NCBI GenBank assembly: GCA_010909165.1
Contig: VJWM01000238.1
Location: 62,001-126,000, forward strand
Length of the DNA stretch: 64,000 bases
Reading direction: 5' to 3'
Origin: Anthoceros angustus
Taxonomy: Eukaryota; Plantae; Anthocerotophyta
In this document: in pieces, positions 22,744 to 33,375 of the stretch
How positions within the stretch are numbered: position 1 is the first letter of the stretch
Layout: each line of letters opens with the position of its first letter
Program-made: the position numbers and the translations under genes
The notes under the pieces: model-generated
Database searches by the model: none
What the model was told of the DNA's origin: nothing
The model's input: the letters and a program-made list of their open reading frames with translations, nothing else

Positions 22744-25700
22744 ATGGGCTCCGATGAAGAAGAGATGAGGAGAACGGCTCGGCAGGCGCTGGAGGAGTTA
22801 GTGAGGGTCCGGGTAGAGAAGGTGAAGAGGTTGGAACGTGCAATTGCAACAATGGAAGCTCATGTTCAGACTCTGCTGCAAGTGTATTCTTCTGTGCCAG
22901 CCTTCCCCCCTGGTATGTTGCAACACCATCCTTATCGTGTGTAGTCTGAATGCCAGATAAGGAAGGCATGATCTCAGTATGTCTTCCGTCCATGCAGGGT
23001 ATGATCCAACGGTTCTGGATGAGGACATCTTGAAGAAAGCTCCAGTACCCTCTTCGGCTGAGCAGATCCAGTTTCAGAATGAGGATGTTCGGGAGGGGGA
23101 GCTCGTACCTGCTGCTGTAGAGGCTAATTGTTTTGTCGGGAAGAAGAGGTCTAGGGACAGTGTAGATGAAGATGTCATGCCTACGGGGAAGGAGACTCTT
23201 GAGTCCATTGCAGCAGGAAAACGACAATTTTTGCCCTTTCAACAGCCGAGGCAGAGAACTCTAGACTCCTTCTTCAAGGACAAGGTTTCTTCACCCAGCA
23301 ATTGTGTAGGGGCAACATTGAAAGGGGAGAATGCTGTTCAGGATTGTGGTATTGTTCCCTTTGCTGCTGCTCTACACCCCCAAGGCTCTCGCAATGCTGG
23401 GGAAGAATTAGAGAGTCTGAAGGTTGTGGATCAGTTCAGTAGCATGAGGCCTCGGATTGGTTCATGCCCTGTTGAGAACGACGAGGTTTTGGGATTTAAC
23501 AGGTCTGGAATGGCCACGTCGAAAGGGGAGAATGTTGTTCAGGATTGTGGTATTGTTCCGGGTGCTGCTGGTCTACACCCCCAAGGCTCTCGCAATGCTG
23601 GGGAAGAATTAGAGAGACTGAAGGTTGTGGATCAGTATAGTAGCATGGGGCCTGGGGTTGTTTCATGCCCTGTTAAGAGGGATGAGGCTCTAGAATTTAA
23701 CAGGTCTGGCATGACTTTGAAGGAAGGGCATAGTGAGCATCACAAGGATCTTGATTACTCCCTTCTTTTCAAGGACAGAAGAACTCCTTCACTCACAGCT
23801 GATGTGGTAGCACGATCAAAGGCAAAACAGATTGCCAGTCAGAATGAAAGCATGCGCCGGCAGGGATGCAGTGCAAGGGAGCATTGTGAAGTTAGTCATG
23901 ACAATGGAGAAGACCATGGTTTGAGACCTTTGACCTCTGGGCTGACTCTAGGTTTGCCCTCACAGAGGAAGATGTATAGAGGAGTTCCTACGCGCACACA
24001 GGAGTTTGAACAGCAAACAACTCGTGGGGGAGATAGAGAAGGAGGGGATGTTTCTAGTGTTAGCTGTGTTTTGAATTCTAACATTCGCGAAGAACCCATT
24101 GTGACATGGCGTCCGAAGGCTAGAACTTCTTGTTCCAGTAGTTCTAGCTCTGGAGAGTCTACGTCTGGCGCTGTTAGTGGCAACGAGGTTAGGATTTGTG
24201 CTGAGTTTTTGAGGATGTGTTGTTTAGTCAGTTGTCTGCTGTGTCGAGGACTAATATGTGGACTTGATGTAGGAAGAGGAGGAAGATGAAGTACAAAAGA
24301 AGCAAGAAAATAGTTTGCCGAGAAGGCAGGGTGAAGTCAATCATAGACGGCCAGTTCGGAAGGCAGCTCCGACTCTACCACCTGACGCCAGTTTGGAGGA
24401 TCGCTTCGATTGGTTGGTGCTGGGTATCTTCAGTTCGATACTCTGGCCCAACAGGTTTGTGAAGCATCATCGTTCTGGTTCAACCTCTTTGCCTCTCACT
24501 TTTCACAATGGCTCTCATTATGGGGCTGCTTTCCAACCTTTGGTTCTGGAAGAGTGCGCTGCTGTATTTGGGAATGATTGGGAGAAATTGAGGAAAGAGT
24601 TGGGTTTGAATCAGTCTTCCTCGTATCGTCTACCTTGTGAGTATATTTTCTTATTTATCAATCTTGTCTACTTCTTGACTCTTCATTTTGAGTTGTTTCT
24701 GATACGTTTTCTATGAACGTGTGAGTTGCTTCCAGCTCTTAGGAGGGCGAGGAGCTGTTCAAGTTCATGGAACCTTGAACATGTGCCATACGAAGAAGGT
24801 CCTTTCTGCACTATCCAGGGACACATTGGCTCAAGCCCACCTCCTGAGAATTGTGAGATAGTGCTCCTGGCAAGTCAGCAGACTCTGGAGGTTAAAGGAG
24901 TGGCCATTGTGCAGAGCTTATTCGACAAGAATCCAGTGATACGGACTAGAGAACCATGGGCCAATTGTCCTCCACAGGTTGGATGGCACTTTTTCTTGTC
25001 AGCTATTGACCTGTTTATTGGAGGCAACACTAACTGAACTCATTGCTGTGCAGTGTCTGGTCTTGAAGGTCAGCAATATGGTCACCATGAAGAGGATGTT
25101 TGTCGCTGTTTCATCTCTGGCGGTATTACATCGATCTCTATATAATCAAGTTTTATGTCCCCGTTATTTCAACATCGTATCTCCTCCTGTCTCTTTCTTA
25201 AAAGACTGGGAAGACAGAGGAGTCTTCAACGAATCCCAGCTGTCAGCTATCACAACTGCTTTGAATTTGCAAGAGGGCTTCTTTCTTGTTCAAGGTTCAA
25301 TTCTGTTACATTTTTCTTTGTCTTAACAACCTTCTTGGATGAATGCTATACTCAGTAGTCGATTTGCTCTCTACAGGTCCACCTGGAACTGGCAAGGTTT
25401 GTTCAAACATCAACTCAGTACAATTGTATTTGCATTAGTATATCACAGCTTAACGAGATTTGTCTGAACTTTTGGTAATGTGTTTGCATTGTGCAGACAA
25501 CAACCATAGTTGGTATGTAACTGTTCAAGTATCTGTCAGTATCCTTCGTCTTGATGTGTTTTTGTGAATTCTCTCTAAATGGTCGTGAATGGTCATTTCT
25601 TGGTAACAGGAATGATTTCGGCTTTCCTGATCAAAGAACCAGGGTAAGAAGTTATGTTGATTGTCTTCCGTTCTAAAACAATGCGCAACACTCCCTCTCA

Positions 25701-27118
25701 TACTTGGTGACTGTCGCAGAGCTAGAATATTGATCTGTGCGGGCTCAAATCAAGCTCTAGATGAAGTAGTTTCACGACTTATGCATGAGATGGTGGACCG
25801 ATCTGGCAAGCTGCAGTCTCCAGCAGCAGGAGTTGTTGTCCGTGTTGGCCCCAAGGCCAAAGTGCGGAAGGACTGCTTAGATGTGTACTTGGACCATGTT
25901 CTGCTTCTTCAGAAGGATGCTCGCTCCAGAGCTCTTGCTATTGAGTGGACCTTGAAGAGTGCATCTGTTGTTTGCTCAACGCTGAGTGGGAGTAGGCACG
26001 CACAACTTGATGAACTGAAACATCAGTTCAATCTGGCCATCATTGGTGGGTGGATCAACCTGTCGTTGTGTCACACATACAGAATCTGATCTGGCTTGTA
26101 GCATATTTGTGGCCATACTAACAGGTACGCCTTACTTGACAGATGAGGCTGCCCAGGCTGCTGAACCGGAGGCCATTTTAGCCTTGAAGAAAGTTGCAGG
26201 ACGTTGCATCCTTGTTGGTGATCCACGGCAACTGCCTGCCACGGTCATGCAGCAGCCTGGTAAGAGTCCTTATGCACCGTGATAAGCTTTCACTACTGCT
26301 CAAGGTTGCTTCTTACCGACGCCCCATGGGTGCGTGCAGCCTTTCCCTTTGCAAGGAGCCTCTTCGAGAGAATGCAAGATGCAGGAGTACCTGTCCAGTT
26401 GTTGAGAACGCAGTACAGGATGCATCCTGATATCTCTCAGTTTCCTTCAAGCCAGTTTTATGACAACTTGCTGGAGAATGCAGAGGAAGTGCATAGGATG
26501 AAGAGCATTTTCCGATGGGAAACAAGGTACCAATGGATGTCTTCAGGTGGTTACAACTTTGAGTTGGGTCGACTTTGCTTTCTGGATGTGAACTGGGGAT
26601 CCCAGGAGAAAGATTGTGGCAGCGCCTCTTTGCTCAACAAGGAAGAAGCCTTTGTAGTGGCAGGCATTGCTGAAGGTGTCATGAATGGGTTGATGCACGG
26701 TGTGAAGGCCAGTGTGGGAGTCATCACACCGTATGCTGCACAGAAGAGAACCATCACCGAAGAACTAGCTAAAATTCGGTTGAAGGACAGGATGATATGT
26801 GAGGTTGATACAGTGGATGGATTCCAAGGTCGGGAAAAGGATGTGATTATCTTGTCTTGTGTTCGAGCTGGAGCTGGAGCTGGAGCTGGAGCTGGAGCTG
26901 GAGCTGGAGCTGGAGCTGGAGCTGGAGCTGGAACCGGAGCTGGAGCCGGCATGGGGTTTTTGACAGATCCTCGCCGATTGTGTGTGGCCCTTACAAGAGC
27001 TAAACATGCTCTGATCATCGTTGGTCATGCTCGAACTTTGGAGCGACATTCGCTCTGGCGATGTCTTCTTCGCGATGCGAAGAACCGTGGTTATTTCAAG
27101 TCTTTGTCACAATGTTGA
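22744..27118 (+). CDS. Sen1/Upf1-like superfamily 1 helicase (AAA_11/AAA_12) with long low-complexity N-terminus, many exons
   Basis: Spliced Walker A QGPPGTGKTTTIVG, then ARILICAGSNQALDE, DEAAQAAEP, LVGDPRQLPATV, SLFERMQ, QYRMHPDI, VGVITPYAAQ, VDTVDGFQGREKDVIILSCVR and RLCVALTRAK. The ATG at 22744 is inferred. Confidence 0.86.
23321..23720 (+). repeat. In-frame 201-bp (67-aa) tandem duplication in the helicase N-terminal exon
   Basis: KGENAVQDCGIVPFAAALHPQGSRNAGEELE... starts at 23321 and KGENVVQDCGIVPGAAGLHPQGSRNAGEELE... starts at 23522. Confidence 0.92.
26867..26950 (+). repeat. Coding hexamer repeat (GCTGGA)11 plus 3 variant units, encoding (Ala-Gly)n
   Basis: Counted directly: 11 perfect units at 26867-26932, then ACCGGA GCTGGA GCCGGC. 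Confidence 0.97.
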
Positions 27119-28497
27119 CACCTATTCAATTTCATGAAACTTTACCCTCTATCTGCATATCGCTATTGAAGGAAAACGTCACCCTTTCATCCATAGCATT
27201 ATGAAGGTAGGAAATGGGTAGGTAACAAAAAAGAACGTTCTCAGATGAAAGAAAGCAACCAAAAGCTGTCTTTAGATGGCATACAAGGTGTGCAAGATCT
27301 AGGCCAAATGGCCGCGGTAGGTGAAAAAGAACGCATACTCCAAGGCAGATCTTGGGCAACATTTGTAATAGTAAATATGGGCGGCGAAGATCCAAGTCCC
27401 TTGCTTTGATACTTTGGGAATCAAATAATAATAATAAAGTCAATCGGAAGCTTGCTGTTGACAGAATAACGGGATCTTCAGGCTTTTGTGACGGGATCCT
27501 CAAGCCCCCACCTGGGATCCATTAGTGACATATGCTTCTACGCTGGAAAGTCGTTCTTGTCACTCCAATCCTCAACGACTGCATAGACTTGTGGTCCAAA
27601 TTGTTATTGTTGCATGGTGGTTAGGCTAGCAAGAATTCCATGGTAAATAATTGGCTTCGACATCCTTTTAGTGTATAGTCATCCAGACGATGCGAAGCAG
27701 CAGTCTCGGTCTATAGCCCCGAAATTCCCTATGAATTAAGATGCATGTGAAAACGAGGCAGTCCTCCGAAAATCTCCAGGAACAGGCAGCTCAAACCTTG
27801 CTGTAGAGATGGCATGACGAGGAGACGGAAAACCTTCAAACGTCCTGGAAGATGCCGAGGAACTGAACACATGACGAACATTTTGTAAGTGGGATGCAGG
27901 TCTTCAACCCGGGCAGATCGTTCTTGTCAGAGATGCAGACATTGGACAGGATACTGCTGCCCTGTTTGTCCAAGGATGTGGGCCTGGAAGACGGTGTCCC
28001 TCGTCACAGATGTTCTGCGTCTAGTGTTCAGGTTGTCGTCACATGCTCACGCTTACTGTACGCTCAGAAGCAGAATGTAGCCCAGTACGCTCTTTACACC
28101 GACCTGTTATACACGCAGAAAATGCAAAAAAGCTCATAGGAACAGAACAGGGTTTCTGCCACCCGAGGATAAGGACCAGAAAGGTGAAGCAACTGGCAAG
28201 GGACGCGAACATGTCACAATTCCTTGTCTTGAATTCTAGATTGTAATTTGTCAATGCGAGTCCGCATTCAACCGGAAACAGCAAACACAGTTGGGGACAG
28301 TTTTACCGGTGGAAAAAACAGCCTCTTTGCCCAGATAAGATTCCTTACTGCAAGGCAGTCTGCAAATATCAGCTACAGTGCTTCCAGAGTAGGTACATAA
28401 ATGGAATCAAAAGAATGTCCAGCTCGGAAGTGATGACGATTCCTCTCCCGCAAAAGGGAGAGGAAAATCAAAACTCTGCTCTGCACCCCAGTAGAGT

Positions 28498-30135
28498 TCA
28501 AGCACGAGGCATGACGGATTGATCCCTAACGCGAACACCAACTGGCAGGCCGTCCTTGAGGCGCATAACCAGCGCTATCTGCCCCTCCGGCTCGTACCCC
28601 GCCTGCACCACAAAGCTGAATCTGGAGATGAGCGAGGCCGCAATGAATTTCATCTGGATGAAGGCGACGTCGCGGCCGGGACACATCCTGGGCCCGGCGT
28701 GGAAGGCCGGAAACTTGTAAGGGCTCTCGGGCCGGAATTCCCCGTTGGAGCCCAGCCAGCGGGCGGGTCGGAACTCCAGGCAGTCCTCTCCCCACACGCT
28801 CCTCATGCGGCCCATGGCGTATGAGTTGAATCCCATACTGGAGCCCTTGGGGACGACCGTGCCGTCGGGTAGCACGTCGTCGCGCATGGCGCATCTCACT
28901 CCCGCCGGGGCAGAAGGGTAGAGCCTTAGCGTCTCGCTCAGGGCCGCGTGGAGGAAGTGCATCCCGCGCAGCTGCTCGTGCGAGAAGTTGAAGCAGTCCC
29001 CGGCCAGACTGGAATGATCCCCGACCACGCCAGCCACTTCCTTGTAGCACTCCTCCTCCACCTCCGGGTGCCGCGACAAGAGCCAGAAGAACCAGGCCAG
29101 CACCGAGGGAGTGGAATCCTTCCCGGCTATCATGAAGCTCACCACCACGTCCCTGAGGAAGGCGTCGGAACACTCCGATCCCGCAATGTAGCGCGAGAGC
29201 AGGTCCCGGGGAGGATCGGACTTGAGCTCCTCCTGCTGCTCCAGCTCCCTGCGGCGGGCTCGGATGACGGCGATGGCCTGGTCGTCGATGATCTTGAGGT
29301 TTTCCCGCAGCCGCCGCTCCGAGCCGATGTTGAGAGCACGCTTGAGCTTCCAAACCAGAGGCGGAGTGAAGAAGCGGGAGAAGCAGATGAGGGCCGCGTT
29401 GTTGAACGCCTGCTCGAACGGCACAGTCGGGAGAGACGGATCCAGGGAGGCGGGATCCATGCCGAAGGCAAGATTGCAGATGTTGTCGAAGCTGAAGCGG
29501 GTGAAGAGGTCCTGGAGGTCCACCGAGGAGGAATCCCGGCGAGCTTGGTTTAGGATGGGAAGCAGGCGCTCCCGGAGCTCCGTCTCCACCCGCTCCATGA
29601 GCAGCTCCCGCAGCGAGCTGGTGGAGAACTCGTGCGCCACAACCTTCCGCTGCTGCCTCCACTCCTCCCCGTCCACATTGAAGATCCCGTTCCCGAGCAA
29701 ATCTGCAAACACGTCGTGGCAGGCAGGGCCTTTCTGGTACACGTCGAATTTCTGCTTCACGAAGTGCTCCACGACGGCCGGGTGCGCCGTGTCGATGAAG
29801 TCCAGCCCCGGGGGAATGACGTTGCGGATGGTGTGGAACGGAGCTCTGCTCATCTCCTCCGTCGTCCACTCCAGTATCCGGTGCTTGTTCTTGAGCATGG
29901 CCGGGAGGGAGCCGAGGAGCGGGAACACCTTAGGCCCGACATTGCGGCCGTATGCCGGGTGATCCCGCCACCAAACGTAAAGCAGCGGCAGCGCCGCAGC
30001 CACCGCCACCGCCGCCAGGCACCAACCGAGCGGAACCGCCTGCGCGAAGAATCTCGAGCACAGCAACACAAGCTCCAGGAAGAAATCGTGACTGTGAGAC
30101 GCGCCAACCTCTTCCGCTGCGCTGTAGAGCGACAT
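28498..30135 (-). CDS. Cytochrome P450, CYP86 clan (CYP94-like fatty-acid hydroxylase), single exon
   Basis: N-terminal TM and GPKVFPLLGSL, I-helix AGKDST, ETLRLYP (ExxR), FRPARW and haem motif FHAGPRMCPG. ATG taken at 30135. Confidence 0.94.
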   Translation of the reverse strand: MSLYSAAEEVGASHSHDFFLELVLLCSRFFAQAVPLGWCLAAVAVAAALPLLYVWWRDHPAYGRNVGPKVFPLLGSLPAMLKNKHRILEWTTEEMSRAPFHTIRNVIPPGLDFIDTAHPAVVEHFVKQKFDVYQKGPACHDVFADLLGNGIFNVDGEEWRQQRKVVAHEFSTSSLRELLMERVETELRERLLPILNQARRDSSSVDLQDLFTRFSFDNICNLAFGMDPASLDPSLPTVPFEQAFNNAALICFSRFFTPPLVWKLKRALNIGSERRLRENLKIIDDQAIAVIRARRRELEQQEELKSDPPRDLLSRYIAGSECSDAFLRDVVVSFMIAGKDSTPSVLAWFFWLLSRHPEVEEECYKEVAGVVGDHSSLAGDCFNFSHEQLRGMHFLHAALSETLRLYPSAPAGVRCAMRDDVLPDGTVVPKGSSMGFNSYAMGRMRSVWGEDCLEFRPARWLGSNGEFRPESPYKFPAFHAGPRMCPGRDVAFIQMKFIAASLISRFSFVVQAGYEPEGQIALVMRLKDGLPVGVRVRDQSVMPRA

Positions 30136-33100
30136 GGCCAGCACTCCTTCCTCACCAGCAAAGCAATTTGCACAACAATAGCAGCTAGTGCAGGCCAACA
30201 CAGCAACTGCAACCTTCAGGACTATGACAAGGAAAACAAACACAGCAGCGCACGCCCCGACTTCCAGCACCGAAATCTCTCCCAGCCCAAGCAACAAAGA
30301 TAGCTGCCTGCCTGCTTGCCTTGCCTGCTACAAGAACATAACGCTCAAAGCATGCTCCTCCTTACAACAAAACAACCAGCTATCCCCTAGCCTGGCCAAA
30401 TGTCGAGCACAACCATCTGTAATGCTTCCAATTCCTTCCCCTCAGCCTTGGGCAACGAAAGCGACAATTTCGACAACTTCTTTCACTCCAAGCGGGCCAA
30501 TTGACAAGCAAGTCTCAAAATTCGCAATCCGCAGCACAGAAAGCAGCCAAGGCTCTCATCCACAGCACTCGGAACGTCTCAAAACCGAGAAACGCGAGCT
30601 GCAAGAGCGACAAATGACCAAACCCGCACAAGCAATTTCCTCCTCTTCTCCTCCCTTCATCACTTCCCGCAACCGCCTGCTTCAGCGTCCGCTTCTGCTT
30701 CTGCTTCTGCTGCCGCTGCAGGCACGTTCTAGAACTTCTTTACTGCAATGAATGCGGTGAGCAAGGGTCCATCCATGGTCCATCCATCCAGCTGCTGCGG
30801 CCAGCCTTCCATGTCCGCCATCCCGGCAGGCAGGGAGCCCCGCCACCACGGCGGACTCTCTCTCTTCCCTCCTCTCTCCTCTCTCTACCGCTCCCGCCAA
30901 AGTCCCCCATGATTGGCCCAGCCAGAGGCAGCGGCAGCAGCCCGCGTTCCCACAGCCCCCGCCTGAAACCCGCCTCCAAATTTGGAGCCCCACTAAAGTG
31001 GTAGCCCAGCTCCTCTCCTTGGGTACAGCCTCGGTTCTGACAGCGTCCGTTTGAGTAGTGTACGTCTGGCGTGGCGAAACCTGAGGCCGGGCCGGGCCCC
31101 ACGGGCCTCCCCGACCCCTCTACCCGCGATCCGGCTTCAGACAAAATCGATCATACCCACGTTCGCCAGCCCAGGTAATCATCATTCTGTTCCCATTGCC
31201 GCTGCCCTTCCTAGTCAACGTTGAACCGTGTTACTACACTCTCCGTTTAACCGATTCTCTGAGACGTTCTGACACCCTCGTTTCATACACCGGCTCGCAC
31301 TTTATGTATCTTTTCTGTATTCTGTCCATGCTTGCGCAGCTTTTGTCTCAATCAGCCCAAACATATGGAATTTCCTTACGTGATTCGCTTCCCGCCGAGC
31401 TTTACGAGACGTGGATTTTTCTTTGTTCATGAGCTTTGTGGGTGCAGCTCGACGCCCAAAAAGAAACAAAACTTTACCATCTTACGACGTAGTTTTTATG
31501 TGATTGGGATACATGTGTGACTCTTTTCCAAATGCGGACATCAACCAGACAGGAGAGAATATTCAACCTAGAGGATCGTGTTCTCAAGCCTACATATTAC
31601 CGGATTGTGTACACGAAGAATGTATACTATGTACTAGAACTTATTTTATACATAACATGGAAAAAAATATTACAAACATTATTGCCATGAAGAATATATG
31701 TACACATGAAGTCGTCCTCGATCACCCACAAAGTCAATTGTAATGGTTTCACGTAGATATGTAAGTTCTTCTTCTTCTGACACCTAATCCAAACTATTGA
31801 TGGCGAAGGAGACAATGTCCTCTAGTTTCAGCGAAGTAAAGCATGTTCTTTCGAATCTTGAAAGTCTTTCGAAAGGACGTTTTTTCTACATAAGTCTTTC
31901 ACCTAAGAGTTATACACAAACAAGTACACTTTGAACTTGATATCTAGCATTTAGTACATAACGAACTAATGTCCTGTGAGGTGATATCCTTACCGAAACG
32001 AGGTATCGTGCACAAAGGTTATACCAAGAGGTCTCCTACCACCCGCATGGCAACTAGAACGCCTATAACAGAATATGTACGTACATCCAGGAATGACAAG
32101 GACTAACCGGATAGTTAACGAGTTTCTTTTACTCTTAAGCCATAGGTTTCATTGTTCAATCAATGAGTCCATCATGAGCATCACTCAATAAATTACTTCA
32201 TGGATGCATTCTACTACCTCAACAAATTCTGTTAATAACCACTTTACACACGATTCAATAAAGATTACGCCTTACCTAATCAAATAAAATCTCTTGGGTC
32301 GTGTTGTAAAACAGAGCAATTATATTTACAATCCCTCACAGGCCCACAACATATTCGATTCTTGGACGAGAGAGAAAAATGGTGGGTGGAAAAAACAGCC
32401 GACAAGGAGGCGTAATGACGAGGCCGTGGCAGATAGTGGTCGGCCCAGTACACAACAACCCCCGTTCCGTTGGGCCCCAAGAGAAGAGCCGATTCCCGGC
32501 CAAACCGGCGCTGCCAAGGCCCGAAACAGGCCGCCGGCACAGCGTCTAGGCGGGCGGGCCCTCGCTTCGCAAAAGCAACAGTGCAACATGTCTGGGAGAG
32601 ATGCAATCACGACTCACGAGCGGCCGGCAGAGGCAGGGTTCTGGTAAACTGGTTCTGCCCCGGCCGGGGAGCCACCGTCCAACGGAACGGGCCCACCCCA
32701 ATTAGTGTTCGGATTTGGCTAAATCCCGGGCAAATCTTTGCGGGTGGGCAAAGGACGACGGAGCTCACGGCCCACAGCGGGCATCATTATTGGGAATGCC
32801 AAGCGCGTTGTTATATACAGTGTACCGCGTACGCTTACCAGTAAATGCGGGGCGATACGTATATCGACGTAGTGGCTGCGGCATTAAAGCGGCTGTGGGG
32901 CCGCGCTGCCCTGCCCTTAACGCCGGCCGTTTTCAACGGTTTCGCCACATTCAATGCGCCAGGTTTCGCCGCATTGTCTCGCACCCTCCTCTGGCGATGG
33001 CCATGGCGGAGCAGCGGCCTGGCCCTGGCGGTACGACGGGCCTTGGTTCCAGTGCGTTCAGTGGTTTGCCGCGTCTGCTGCGTTGCATTGCGTGCGACGG

Positions 33101-33194
33101 CTTCCAGCAATCGTTGCGCTGCGCAGGCCAGGCCAGGCCAGGCGTACCGGGGCTTGCAAGGACATGGCATGTGGCATGCAGCGATTTTTGCAGG

Positions 33195-33375
33195 CAGCAG
33201 GGAGCGCAACAGCAACAGCAACAGCAGGAGCAGGAGCGGCAGCTGCAGCAAGCAGGCAAGCATGTTCCCATACTTTGTGTTGAAGTCAAGAATCCGTTCA
33301 AACTTCCCTTTCCTGCATGATCATCACTGCGTTATCTGTAACGGCGCCCCGTTTCGATGTGTGTGTGTGTGTGTT
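33195..33375. repeat. CAG/CAA-rich tract (~33195-33260) and (GT)n microsatellite (~33357-33374)
   Basis: Read directly from the sequence. Confidence 0.8.

Noticed and set aside
22376-23242. 288-aa antisense ORF over the helicase 5' end
   Set aside because: No motifs; explained by the GC-rich UTR and the antisense of coding exons.
27130-28480. Protein-like snippets such as GLQPGQIVLVRDADIGQDTAALFVQG downstream of the helicase
   Set aside because: I could not chain them into a spliced ORF or assign a family; probably UTR or intergenic DNA.
28519-29962. Long overlapping ORFs (447, 246 and 201 aa) around the P450
   Set aside because: Shadow frames produced by GC-rich codon usage; only the P450 frame has family motifs.
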